64,000 nucleotides of DNA, from assembly GCF_009834535.1 (NCBI RefSeq), contig NC_045696.1, positions 1,924,001-1,988,000 on the forward strand, given 5' to 3'. The position numbers and the translations under genes are program-made. Shown here in pieces: positions 48,406 through 60,890 of the stretch. Source of the stretch: Camelus ferus (taxonomy: Eukaryota). How positions within the stretch are numbered: the stretch's first letter is position 1; each line of letters begins with the position of its first letter. A model generated the notes under the pieces. The model was not told where the DNA came from. It ran no database searches and worked only from the letters and a program-made list of their open reading frames with translations.

Positions 48406-51339
48406 GGTCTGGGACGAATGTCTCCTCCCACAGAGAAGCAGCCATGTCTGGCTGTGCCCTGCACGGCGGTGTCAGCTGCTCCTTCATGGCCCGTGCTCTG
48501 CAGACCTTTGCGGGGTGCGGGGTAACAGGCAGCACCCGGCAGCGTCACCGACGAGGGGGAGGGCAGTCGGCTGCTGAAGACACCGACACCTTTAGTTCAG
48601 CTTCCAGCACGGAGCTCCCCAAGGCAGGTGGGCGGGCCCTGACCGGCACCGTCCCGGAGGCACCACTTCCACTTACCAGCCCGCGGCCCGAGAATGTTCC
48701 GACCTGACTCCTTTCGGGCTATTTCAGTGAAAGGGGGGCCTCCGCCTAAGAGGCAGCCGACCCCAGTGTGTGACCCACCCTGGCCGGGGGAGTGGACGGG
48801 AAGCGTGCCTCGGGGACTCCGGCCACGGCCACGGCAGAGCAGCCTGGTGTGGGGCTGCCCGGGAGGCAGGCATCTCTGCAGAAGCCCCAGGCAAGGCCCT
48901 GGGACCCTCTTGCCCAGTCTGAAGACACCCAGCCCCGCAGGGCACCAGCAGGCCGGGTCCTGGCCCATCACGCTGGAGTCATCCACAGAAGAGTGGCTTC
49001 CACCGTGGGAAGCCTTCCACCCTGCGATCCTGCAACCCCCTTTCTGAGAAAATGCCCTGAGGGAAAGGTCTTCAGGACCAACATGTTCTTCCTAACGTGA
49101 TTTCAATCAGGAAAACTGCAGACAACCCTGCTGTCAGTAACGGGGTTGGGTGGGAACTTTACGCAAATGCCCCTTGAGAAAGCACCAAGGGGCGCCCGAG
49201 GGTCACGAGCCCGAAGTCCCGGCAGGAACGTGGGAAAGGCTGGGAGGGCCAGGGCCACACAGCCTGCGTGCCCTGAGACGCGTCCGCACGGCGTGTGGCC
49301 ACTTCAGGTGGCCGTGCCGCGCTCGTCCTCAACCTCCGGGAGCTTGGCCGTGCCCCTCCCACAGTGGCGGGCTTGGACCCAGGAAGTGTGGGCAGCTCGG
49401 CTGTCGAAGGAGCCCCGGGCCTGCTGCCCTCGACTCCCTGTGCAGCCGTCACCCCTGGGCTCTTCCCTGTTGGGACCTTTTCCCGGGGGAGGACCGTCTC
49501 CATGTCCATCAGGGCAGCACGGCCAGCACCGCTGTTCTGGGCGGGTGCCCTCCTCGGCGAGGGCAATGCTCCCCACTGCCCACCTCACAGCCTGAAGTCC
49601 TTCCTCACCCAGCTCAGCCTCTGGGGAGGCCCGCGGGGGCCGGGCAGCCCCACCCAGCGGGGCGTGGGGCTGAGCCCTGATGTCCTGGGACCTGGCCAGC
49701 GAGGGGGTCGCTCCAAGTCTGGGCCGAGGGCTCCACGTGGTCCTGCCATCTGTTTGCTGGGGTTGCTGAGGAAGAGGGCAGAAACCCCACTGACTCAGAT
49801 GCTGTGAGGACACAGCCTCAGACACCCCCAGAAACACTGTTTAATCTGGGTGCCCCAGGGCACAGCTGACACACAAAATGACCCGTCACAGACGGGCACC
49901 TGCCTGCGGTATGTGGGGCTGGGCTGGGGAGGCCTTGCCCTCTGCCCTCCCTCGGGGAGCCTGGTGTGGCTGGGTCCCCACAAGGCACAGCCAGGGACCC
50001 AAGATACTGGGGCAGTGTCTCCCTCTCTGAGCTCCGAGGCGACTCACTTGACAGAGGACCAACCTTCCAGAGCCATCTAGCACCTTCACGAACGCTGGTG
50101 CCTGGCTGGAAATCCCCCACAACACCCCCGACAGGGCTCCAGAAACCAGCTTCCTCGGCCAGAGAGCCACGACTGTGACACTGGCTGTCACCTGCCTGGG
50201 CCCCAGACCCGAGTGCCGGCCCGGCCCTGCAGGAGCCGTGGGGCAGGTGAGGAGACCAGGAGGTCCCAGCCGGGGACATGTGGGCCCAGGGCTGCTGGGG
50301 GGTGACGCTCTCACAGATGCCCTCCCAGCTCCTCCGTCTTTCTGTGCCACACCCCAACCCACCCATCCCGAGGATGCTCCAGGAGCCAGCACTGTGGCTC
50401 CCGTCTGGGCAAAGAGGCATCTGGGAACCTGTGTCCCAGACTGGTGGACAGGGTAGGGGTGAGGAATCCTGAGGCTAAGTCAGCCTCCAGAGCCCGGGAT
50501 CCAGCGAACACCTCAAACCTGCCATGCTTGGCGCCCCTCCTCCTTACGTCACTGGACCCCGTCTCAGGTGGCTTCTGCAGGGCCAGTCTTTACAGCCAGT
50601 GGGAGCTCCAGCTCCGACGTGGGGACCCCCTGCAGGCACCGTGGGTCATGCCCAGCCCTGGCCGGCTCTAGGGAGCGCGTGGCCGTCAGGCAGTGCCCCC
50701 GCCGCCAGGCGTCACCACCCTCCTAAGTGCCAGGCGCCGCTGCCGGGCTCACAGACGGGTGGGGAGAGGCCGGACGTGCTCCGGGCGCTGGCCGAGGCCC
50801 CGCAGCGGTCAGCGCAGAGCTGGGACCCGACAGCCGGCCAGGCGGCCTCTCTCTTGGTTTTTGCTCTGTGCACCAGCTTCGGAGGGGTTTCCAGGATCCA
50901 AAACCCATGTCTGCCCAGAGTCAAAAAGTCCTCTGGGCAGGCAGGCAGCTGCTGGGCGGTGTGGCAGTGTCTGGGGCAATGAGGAGTCCTGGAACTGACC
51001 CTGCTGGTGGCTGCAGGGCAATGGACTGTCCTCGTCACCACCGAACCGTGTTTAAAAATGGCTAAAAGGGTAACTCAATGAAACGCAATCACCATCTGTG
51101 CGTCCCCTGGAAACCCATGGGGCCTGGGGAAAGCCGAAGCTTTCGCGGCCACACCTCCCGGGCTGTGCCAGGGCCAGCTGTGGGCGGGGGGCCCGCGGGC
51201 TGTCAAGAAGGGTCCCAGACGGCGGCCTCACGGGCCCACCCAGAACGAGCCGTCCCGCGTCAGAGGGGCACTGCCTGACCCGCGGGGGTCTGCAGTGTCA
51301 CCATCAGCCTCTACACTGCTCTTCAAAAAAAAAAAGGTG

Positions 51340-51706
51340 GCTTTATGGGCTGAACTGTGTTCCCAAAACCCACAGGTCAAAGCCCTGGCCCCCAGGACCT
51401 CGGCACGTGACTATATTCGGAGGTGGGGCCTTTAAAGAGGTGACTAAGTTACAATGGGGCCACCAGTGTGGGTGCTAATTCTGACTGGTATCCCCGTGGA
51501 AGGGGGAGATCAGGACACAGAGGCACACGGAGGGACACATGCGAGGCCCCAGGAGGAGACGGCCATCTGCACGCCCAGGAGAGAGGCCTCGGGGGACCCT
51601 GCTGACCCGGGGTCTCAGATTCCAGCCTCCAGACTGTGAGAAAATGAACTTCTGTTCTTTACAGCCCCGTCTGCGGTGCTTGTTACGACAGCCGAGATGA
51701 CTAACA
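51340..51706 (+). mobile_element. MaLR solo LTR (MLT1A-like)
   Basis: tatgggctgaactgtgttccc...ggcctttaaagaggtgactaagtta...ccagcctccagactgtgagaaaatgaacttctgtt...gactaacac. Confidence 0.85.
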
Positions 51707-52605
51707 CGGGCGGGTTCCCACTTTCCTCCAGACTACTGTGAACCCCACGAGCGGCTGGAGCCCTCCCCAGGCTGAGTCCAGTGTCCCCACAGGACCACAG
51801 GCCACATGCGGCACCCACTGTGGACGCAGAGACTTCCGGCGACAAGTCTCAAGGAGCTTCCTGTTTGGGGCCAGCTCGGGCACCATGAGATCCTTGACGA
51901 GAAGTACCTCAGTGCTCCTGCCATCTGCCCTCAGCCCGAAGCAGGAGGCGCAGGGCAGCGTGACGGCGAGGCAGGAAATACCGAGGAGGACCTTTGAGGG
52001 GGAGCCGCGGGTAATGGTACTTGAATCCCATGAATTTCCTCCAAGTCCCGCTGTGTCCCTGCGCCTCCCCCCACCCCGGGGACACCCTTCTGGAGCCAAA
52101 AAGGCAGGCTACCCACGACGGGGGTGGGCGTGGGGGGTGCACAAGACCCGAGGGGCCCTGGAGCAGACAAGCCAGGGCTGCCCGCTGCCTCCAGCGGGCA
52201 AACGGTCGACGGGCTACAGAGCTGGGGTTCCAAACCGGTTGCTCAGAGGCAGAGGTGTGATGCTGGGCCGGGGCCACCGAGGGGCTTCTGAGGGGCCCGG
52301 GCAACTCTGAACGGGACGTGACCCAACAGAAAGCGAGAGTTCTCTGAGGCCTGTGAGGACGAGGGGTGGGCGTCCTCCAGCCCAAGTTCCAGGGGACCCG
52401 AGGGCCTCAAGGGGACGCCCAGAGCCAGGACCAGCCATGGTCCCTGACCGCGCAGACCCAGGAGGGCCAGGAGCCACGTGTGTGCGCCAGGTGGGGCTGC
52501 AGAGGGAGCAGCTGGGTCCCCACCTCTCCTTGTGAGCACGGGGCCTCAGAGGGGACCCCGATCTACACCTCAGTGTCCCTCCTGTGAAGGGGATCCTAGT
52601 GCCCA

Positions 52606-52965
52606 CTGTAAAGGACTTAAGTATCCCCCCAAAATTCATGTTAGCATCCTACCGCCCAGCACCTATGGATCTGACCTTATCTGGAAGCAGGGTCTTTGCA
52701 AACATTATCCAGTGAAAATGAGGTTGTTGGGGTGGACGCTAACCCAACACGACTGTCCTTACAACACGGGGACACCTGGAAGCATACAGGCACGCAGGGA
52801 GACGCCCTGTGACGATGGAGGCAGAGACTGGGGTGATGCTTCTACAAGCCAAGAAGCCCAAAGATGGTCAGCAAAGCCCCAGAAGGTGGGGGAGAGGCTG
52901 GGACAGTGCCTCGGTCTCAGGAGGAACCAGCCCCGTCCACACCCTGGCCCCAGACGCCCACCCTC
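52606..52965 (+). mobile_element. MaLR LTR fragment (MLT1B/C-like)
   Basis: ccccaaaattcatgtt...tgaccttatctggaagcagggtctttgca...gatggaggcagagactggggtgatgcttctacaagccaag. Confidence 0.82.
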
Positions 52966-54121
52966 TGGTAACGTGTTCCAGCGGCCCGAGGGAGCACACG
53001 CGCCTGCTCCAGGAGTCTGAGTGACATTCAGAGAGGAGACACGGACAGTGCCTGGCACGCGGGGGCACACTAGGGCGGACAGGGTGAGAGGAGTGGGGGC
53101 CCCGGGGCCCTGAAGGATGAGGAGGAAGATGCACAGAGGACCCCGAGACTGACCAGTGAGTCACAGAGGGGTCAGGCCCGAGCGCTGGGAGCAGACCTTT
53201 GCGGTCCTGCCCGCAACCGAAGGGTTTCAGTGGCCGCTCCGAGGTCCCTGCTGGGAAATGAAGGACCACGGGGCCAGCGTTTTTGCACGGCACCTAGAGG
53301 ATTTTATAGCTGTCACTGTGCACCCGCACCTGCCCTCAGAACAGCAGAGGGATGCCCTGCACAGGGGCCCGCGGACGGGGCCCACAGACCACCTCCCACC
53401 CGCCACAGGTTCACTGCCGGGGTGCCGACGCCCGGACCGCTCCCGCCCTGCGCCACACCACACAGACCACACGGCAAGCGGACTGTTCTGTCTCCACCTT
53501 GTCCGCCAACCTCTCCTCGGCAGACACTGCTCAGAAAACCCCCTGAAACGGAAGCACCCCTCGCTAGCCACCCCGCACCTCGGGAACCTCAGCTGCCACA
53601 GGGGACGTGGAGCAGTTGTGCCCGTAAGTCAGGGGCCGGGGGGCCCCCGGGCTGGGCCAGGCTCCACCACGGCAGGAGTAAGCCACTGATTCTTGCCTTT
53701 AAAAGCAGCCCCAACCCCAGGTGGGGTCGGCACACCTCTGGGACCGTTTCACACATCCAGCCCCCGCGTTCCCCTCCCCTCCAGCGGGGAGGTGGGGACC
53801 CAGGACCCGCACAGCGAGGGCACCCAGGAGCCAAGGAAGCACTTGCGAGCAGGGGAGGGGGTGGGGGTCCTGGGCTGCTGTTGCCATAGCAACAAAGAAG
53901 CTTCCTCCTAAGGTGGGAAGCAACACCCCACCCTATTCCCGCCTCCTCACGCAAGGTTCTGCTGCACCTGGCAGCCAAGCCCAGCCGCTCAGAGGGCTGG
54001 GCAGCTGCCGCTTCTCCCGTGGCTGCTGCGCTCTTCCGAGCAGGTAACTCATGCTGTGAGATGGTAAGCAAAGACCACTACCGTTTACACAGGGCCTACA
54101 GGCCGGCGCCTCCCCGATGTG

Positions 54122-54300
54122 CAGCACACACACATGCACACCCATAACGTGTGTGATACACACGCGTGCACACACACGCACCAACACACACACAGACCTG
54201 CACGGACACGTCTATATACACATGCACATATACTCTCACACACATACACCCAACCACACACACACACACAGACACACACACACACGCATGCACATACATA
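54122..54300. repeat. Imperfect (CA)n-rich simple repeat
   Basis: Directly visible; explains the His/Thr- and Cys/Val-rich ORFs here. Confidence 0.9.
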
Positions 54301-55149
54301 GCCCAAGTCCTGGCGAGCAGGTGTTGTCACCTGTTTCTTCATGGCCTTGGCGGTCACATGACTCACCTGAGGTCACGCAGCAGAAGGGATCAGGAACTGG
54401 GCCAGACACTGCCGTTGGACCAGTGGGGGGGCAGTGCTGACCGTGGCCACGGGGCAGACGCTCTCACGGTACAGAAACGCCAGCCGCCGTGTCCTCTTCC
54501 CCCAAGCCCACCGTGTCAGCACAGACTGGGGACACCAGTCACAGTGCGTCTGGATCCTTCCAGCACTCAAGCTCTTGCCACAAGTCTCCCCCGTCACCAG
54601 ATGGGAATCTGTCCCCCTCTTGGGACCCAAAACACTCTACCTCAGCTCCCCAGGGACTCACATGGGGCTGCCGGGAGCACAGGTCCAGACCTGGCTGGAG
54701 AGTCCGTGGCTGCCTGCATGGGCATCAGGGAGCTGGGCCTGCCTCGCTGGGAAGCCTGTGGCGCCCAGCCCTGGCAGCTCCCGCCTACACCCGAGGGACC
54801 CCGAGCACACAGAGCACCGTGGCATTTCTCCCCCACAAAGCAGCTCCTTTCCTCTCTTGGACTGGCCATGGCTTCGGATTTTCACCACGTACGTGGTCGC
54901 CTGAAGCCTATCACCACCCCCTTCACACTGGCCGCACAGCTCTGGCTTTGGCAGTGGGGGCTCCCAGCCCGGATGCACCCCTGGGGGAGCCTGGGGGCCA
55001 GGCGACCCCACAGCAACGCAGCCCGAGGTCCGCCCAGGGTCACAGCCGGGGCTCCCAGTCACTTGGTGTCCAGCGCAGTGCACAGGCAGGGACAGCAAAA
55101 CCACTGAGAAATGACCCCTGAGGCCAACAGCAGCTCCTGGGGGAGCCCC

Positions 55150-55820
55150 ACGGCCACCTCGCACGCTCGCGCACAACAGGACGGCGGCTACCTAAAACTG
55201 CGTCAGGCGAGCGCATGCGGAAACTGGAGCTCGCGTGTGCGGCGGGTGGGAACGCAAAGCACAGGCGCTGTGGGTAACAGCATGGTGGCTCCTCAAAAAC
55301 TGAAACAGAATGGCTGTGTGACCCAGCAACTCCAGGTCTGGGGAGAAACCCCAAAGCGCTGAACGCGGACACTTGCACACCGGTGTTTAAGGCAGCATGA
55401 GGCACAAAGCCAAAAGGCATGAGCGACCTGGAGGCCGTTCCCCCTCGCGAGGGGGCGTGAGCCTCAGGAGGACATTCTGACGCCTGCTAAACACGATGAG
55501 CTCTGGGGACATCGTGCTGGTGAGGTAAGCCAGTTCTAAGAGGACAAACACCGCCTGAGTCCTCTCACCTGAGGTCCCCGGGTGAGTCAGACGCAGAGAC
55601 TGAAGGCAGGACGGCGGGGGAGAGGGGCTGGCCGGGGCTGGGGAGCCAGTGTTTAACGGGACAGAGTTTCAGTTTAGGAAGATTTGAAAAAGTTCTGGAG
55701 ATGGACAGCGGTGATGGTTGCTCAACAGTGTGAATGCACTTAAAAATGGTTAAAATGGCAAATCTATGTTATGCATATTCTACCACAATGAAAGAAACTT
55801 AAAAAAAAAAAGTTAAAAAA
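55150..55820 (+). mobile_element. LINE-1 (L1MB-like) 3' UTR fragment with A tail
   Basis: catggtggctcctcaaaaactgaaacagaat...gttctggagatggacagcggtgatggttgc...aaaaatggttaaaatggcaaat...A-run. Confidence 0.88.
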
Positions 55821-56422
55821 ACGCCTGATAAAGACGAGAAGGCAGCCTGGTCTGACGCCGCAGCAGGTGACCCCCAGCACAGTGAGCCCCCGCACAGGGA
55901 GCCCCCACGGCCACCTCACTGTGCAGTCACCAGCAACCCGGCTCGGGGCCCTCTGCCCTGTGGGCCCTCCTCCTGACCCTCAGAGCCCAAGCCTGCCAGG
56001 GAGGGGGCATGCATGTGGCACAGCCGGGGTGCCAGCCACCCGGGGCAGGACAGGGCAAGTCCCACCTGGGCAGGTGTGGTGTTCACCAATGCCACAGGCC
56101 ACCAAAGTGGCTTCTCCTGCACCCCCAAAACAGACAGGCCGTGACCCAGCCACCCACCTGGTTTCTCTCCCTTCGACCACCTGCCTGGAGGTACAGGTGT
56201 CTGGGAGACCGTTCCAGACCCCAACCTCTGTGGCCTGGTCAGACTAGTGGGCAAGTCCCAGGGCGTTGAAGTCACTCACCCCAACACTGGTTCAGAGCAT
56301 CGCTGACACAAGCCTGTGCTGGGGGCTCGGGCTCCATGTGGGGGGAGGGCACAGACCTCATGTCAGGGAGTTAAGTGTGGGCAGCCTGCTGGATGGACCT
56401 CTAGCCCAGCTGGCAGGGTCTG

Positions 56423-56520
56423 TGTATCAGTTACCTCCTGCTGTGTAACAAACACCCCAAAACTTAGTGGCTTAAAACAACTATCCTTCTACTGCTCATG
56501 GTCCTGCAGTTTGGGCGGGT
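56423..56520 (-). mobile_element. MaLR LTR end fragment (old MLT1)
   Basis: tgtatcagttacctcctgctgtgtaacaaacaccccaaaacttagtggcttaaaacaac. Confidence 0.75.
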
Positions 56521-57424
56521 CTCCCCCAGGGCTGCCCACGCTCACCCCACTCAGCTGCTGGTGCAGCTGACAGACTCTGCAGTCAGAAAGATGTGCAGTG
56601 CGCCCACCCCCGCCCCCACTCAGTACAGGACTGTGGGGCTTTGTGCTCAACTCCAGAGCAGCACCAGCCCTGGGCCTGGGCAGGGCTGCAGCACACAGCA
56701 CAGGGAGCACTGCCTCCCCCTGCCCCAACCAAGGCAGCAGTGGCAGCTGTCCAAAGACAGCACGCCCCCCCCCACCGCCAGCGCCCACCCACTCCTTTCT
56801 CACCGGAGCACTTCCAGGCCCAACAAGAAGGGACAGGGCTTCTGACACTGCGCCCGCCGCCTACAGAGGTGCAGCAGGAAGAACCTGGCAGGTAGCATGC
56901 AGGGCCAAGGCCAGCCCAGTTCTGGAACTGTCCACCCAACGTGGGCACAGGGCCTGGGGGCTCAATCCCCAGTCATGGATCCACGCCCAGGGCTGGCACC
57001 AGGATGAAGTGGGCAGATACAGCGCCGACAGGACAGCGTGTTCGCTGTCCCTGTGTTTAGCCACCGCAGCGAGCCATCCTGGACTGGACAATCAGGTACT
57101 TCACACGGAAAAGTCCAGGACAGACGACTGTGAACACGCGACGCCAAGTGACCACATACGCGTTTCTCTGGGGACTTTCTGGTGCGTTCTCCCTTCGCCA
57201 TCTGGTCACCTGCCCTTTGGCTGACTTTCCGCAGGAGAAGTGGTGAAATCCAGCCGGCCTGTCGTGCCCGAGCGCGGCTCTGCTCCTCAGGCACACTGTC
57301 CTACGGCACCTACGACGCCCTGGCCGAGGCCGAGGGGACGACCCCGGGCAAGTGGGGCCCAGGCGGCCTCGCGGTGACGGCTCAAGGGCTGCCGTACCCG
57401 GCTCTGCTCCACCCCACGTCCCCG

Positions 57425-58330
57425 GGCATTTCTAGAAGAGAAGAACCAAACACAGAGCAGAGGGACTCACAGATGTCAGTCCTGGACAAACTGCTGACAG
57501 AGGCAAAACAGCTGTGAACACAGGTGACCGAGGGTAACTGAGGAGAGTGCCCTCACACCTGGGGAGGAAGGGTTCTCCTCCCCAGACGACAACCACCACC
57601 GTGAGGGTGGGAAGCAGGCCCACGTTAGATGAGGGCTGTTTGCTCATCAAGATGCCGCTGAGTGAAAAGACAAGGTGGGTGAATACGTGCGGTCCGTGTG
57701 ACAAAGGACTTGTAACCCAGACACACAAAACTCCAGTCACGAAAGACAGACAACTGACAGGTAAATGGCCTGAGACTCCAACCGGCATTTCACCAGAGGG
57801 TCCCCAAAGGGCCAGGGAACATACAGAGAGGTGGTGGCCCTCAGCGGACACCAGAGAGAGGCAGAGGAAACCACGGAACCGCCATTCACACCCACCAGGG
57901 TGACGAGAGTGAAAAAAGAAAGCCCGACAGACCCCAGGGCCAGACCCGGCGCCCTGCTGGCCAGGGACACAGGCCGAGCGGACGTGCCCGCAGACGCTGC
58001 CCCGCCCTGCCCCGCCCGGCGGAGGCCGTGCCCGTGGGCCGCGACATCTTGCGGCCAGGCCCCCTGTGCTCGGAGCTGGGATGTGCGCCACAGCCTGGCT
58101 TCCTCCCACAGCCGGGGGGGGGGGGGGCTGAGGCTGGTGACGCTGTTTACTCTGGATCCGAGCGGCAGTTCACACCACGAAATCTCACCAAGGTGCGTGA
58201 TTTTGCATTCTACGTGCACACACGTGTGCTTATCTGTAAAGTGTTTCAGCGAACACGTTTCTCGGGAAGGAGTCGCTGACCTCCGACGGGCCATGCAAAG
58301 GAGAGGTCAATGATGGCCAGCGTGGCCGGT
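57425..58330 (+). mobile_element. Ancient L1M fragment, heavily diverged
   Basis: tgacaaaggacttgtaacccaga, ggcatttcaccagagg, gccattcacacccaccagggtgac follow the L1 ORF2-end order. Confidence 0.65.
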
Positions 58331-58876
58331 GCCTGCAGTGGGGCCATGGGGCTCCTGTCCCAGAGGACCCAGCTCCGTGGGAGACAGGCTACGAGAACGG
58401 AGCCCCCATGGAGGAAGGACCAGAAATGTTGGAGGCCGGCTGATGCACGACACCAGGGGAGCTGGGGGGACCGGCGATTGTGGACCCAGGCTCTACTGCC
58501 CCTCCCACGGGCCCTGCTCTGCCCGCGCTCCTCAGACTCCGGGAACCCACCGCAGGCGTGTCCAGCACGTCACCTGATAACGGCAGAGGGAAGGGGTGCA
58601 GCATGGGGGACCTGTGTCTCTGCGCCCCAGCCACATGGCTCAGCGTGAACTAGGCCATACTAAACAGGCTGCAGTGCTGGCCTGAGCAGCTTTATCAAAA
58701 CCAGACAAAAACACAGTCGTACCATGCGTCCAGGGCACTGCACTTCCAGGGCACCATCCCGGGTCACGGAGGACAGACTGGGGGGCTGCGTTGTGATGGA
58801 CGAAGCACCCCACCGTGCTTTCTCCCGGAACAGAAGCCACACACTGAGGAAAGCGCCAGCCAACGAGCTGCCACAC

Positions 58877-58882
58877 TTTATT
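58877..58882 (-). terminator. Polyadenylation signal for GATD3
   Basis: tttatt on + (AATAAA on -), ~575 nt past the stop codon. Confidence 0.7.
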
Positions 58883-59456
58883 GCTCCTCCTGCACCATCT
58901 CCCATCCGCCCAGCTCGGGGCCCGGGGCCAACTGCACTGCCCCACCTGCAGGCCGACACACGGCTGAGTGCCCACCCCTAACATGAGAAGCTTCGTGCAT
59001 ATTACTAGTCGGCCAGTCTCAGGCCTGAAACGGGGCTGCCCGAGTCTATCTGGGGGAGGGGCTCATTCTCACCAGCCAAAGGGCACGCCTGCTCCACAAA
59101 GCCCGACTGTCCTGATCAGCTCGTATCTGCTCCAGATCAGAGCATCTTTAACTAGCGATAATCGTGGTACTTTGGTTTCCTGATTATTAGGGCTGCAGGG
59201 TCACCTCTCTCTACCTGAGGTTCCTGCTGAAAAGCAGACTTGATTTCAATTCTGAGGCTGCCTCTGATCCAGTGGCCACTGCCCGCCACCCTCCCCACCA
59301 GGAGGAAAGGCCTCACGCTGTCTGCCCCTGACCCATGTGGCGCCAGCTCCCTCTTTAGAAAGAAAACACACAGATTTAAGCAGAGAAATAAAGTCCTGCC
59401 CCTCCCAAGCTGAGAGGGGAGCCATCGGCCGGGGGCGAGCTGGCCCGGCGGTGGCC

Positions 59457-59585
59457 TCACTTCCGGGCGAGCTCCAGCACCTCCCTCACCATGGCCCCGG
59501 TCCCGTCGTAGACGTGGTGCAGCGCAGTGTCGCACATGAAGGCCGGCGTGGTGACCACCTTGTTCTTCCGGTCCACGTGAGCTTC
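59457..59585 (-). CDS. GATD3: GATD3 (C21orf33/ES1 homolog) last coding exon
   Basis: 129 nt: [42 protein letters not shown]; recalled human [42 protein letters not shown]. Not called by the ORF track. Confidence 0.95.
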   Translation of the reverse strand, partial: EAHVDRKNKVVTTPAFMCDTALHHVYDGTGAMVREVLELARK

Positions 59586-60733
59586 GTGCACACGAGTTAG
59601 GGAAACCCATCCTGCAGCGAGAGGGTCTGGCGGAAAGCAGCCCCAGCCACCGCCACAGACGTGTCCCCCGCCCCGCCGTCACCAGGAAGGGTCTTTCTGC
59701 ACCGCCTGCACTACCTCCAGGAGAGCTGGTAACAGGTGTCCCGGCAGCAGGCACAGGGACCAGCACCCCACAGAGCCGGGCCAGGTGCCAGCACTGCCAG
59801 GAGCCCACAACCCTGAAGGTGGAGGCAGCCCCGCATCCTTCAGATCAAGAAGCCACACTTAGCCTGTGTGAGCGCCTGCCACGACCACCATGGGCAGCTC
59901 GACCTGGGACCCACCCTTGACCCCATCAGGCTCCTGCCCCACATCACCCACACCCGGCCTCACCTCCACCCTCAGACCCGCTCCCTGGACTCATGCCAAA
60001 GCCCCCAGGGCTGGCCACCCTACACTGAAGGGAGGTGGACACTTACACCTGAAACCGCCCGCAAGGAGACACACACCCTAGGAGAGCGAGCCCCCTTCGG
60101 ACAGATGCCCTTTGGGACAGACACCCAGAGGGTAACAGGCTGGCCTCCAGGACCTCCTCAGGCAGTGTGCTGCTCTGTCCCGACTTCCGCCACATGGAGA
60201 CCCTCTGCGTCCAGGTGCGGACCAGGACGGTGGTTAGCCTGTGGCCTGAGGCTCTCCAAGCCCACAGATCGCTGCCCCAGTACCCTGGCACCCTCAGTCC
60301 ACCACCTCCCAACACAGAAGACCCACTCACGGGACAGAGGTGATGAGGCTGCCTGGCGCAGCAATCCATCCACATCACCCAGGGAACTTCTCCCAAATAA
60401 AGACAGGAAGCCCCCCATCCCCCAAACTCCTTCCACCCTGCCAAGGGGCACTCCCTCTCCCTCCACCTCCAGGCAGCCCCCCAGCCTCTACACCACAGGG
60501 TCATCCCCCTCAGGCCCAAGGCTGTCTCCTTGCCCAACTGAACGTACTCTGGGCCTGGGGTGTGCTGAGCTCAGCCAGCGTCACTGCGGGGACTTGGGAA
60601 CTCAGCATGAGACGATGGAGGCGTCACCACCTCGGGTACTACGCCCCATCACGCACACGCTCTGGGCACCCCCTGCAGGGCAGCACGGAGGTGCCAGGGG
60701 TCCCCCATGCCGCTCTGGATGCTGGAAGGATAT
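59586..60733 (-). other. GATD3: U12-type (minor spliceosome) AT-AC intron, phase 0, 1148 nt
   Basis: 5' end ATATCCTTC, branch site TTCCCTAAC (59604-59596), 3' end gtgcAC. The join gives in-frame KEVT|EAHV. Confidence 0.93.
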
Positions 60734-60890
60734 GGTCACTTCCTTCACACAGTGCTTGGCGCCCAGGGCTTTGATGGCCTCTGCAGTCCCGGCGTATGGC
60801 CACCTGCCGCCTTCCTCCTGCTCGTGGCCCACGGTGACCTCGACGCCGCTCAGCACTTTGGCCGCGAGGACAGGGGCGATGCAGCACAAG
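60734..60890 (-). CDS. GATD3: GATD3 penultimate coding exon (nucleophile-elbow GLCCIAP)
   Basis: Acceptor ttcacctttcag. 157 nt: (G)[52 protein letters not shown]. Confidence 0.96.

Noticed and set aside
54166..55121. 313-aa and 210-aa ORFs
   Set aside because: The longer ORF begins in the CA repeat; neither shows protein-family signal.
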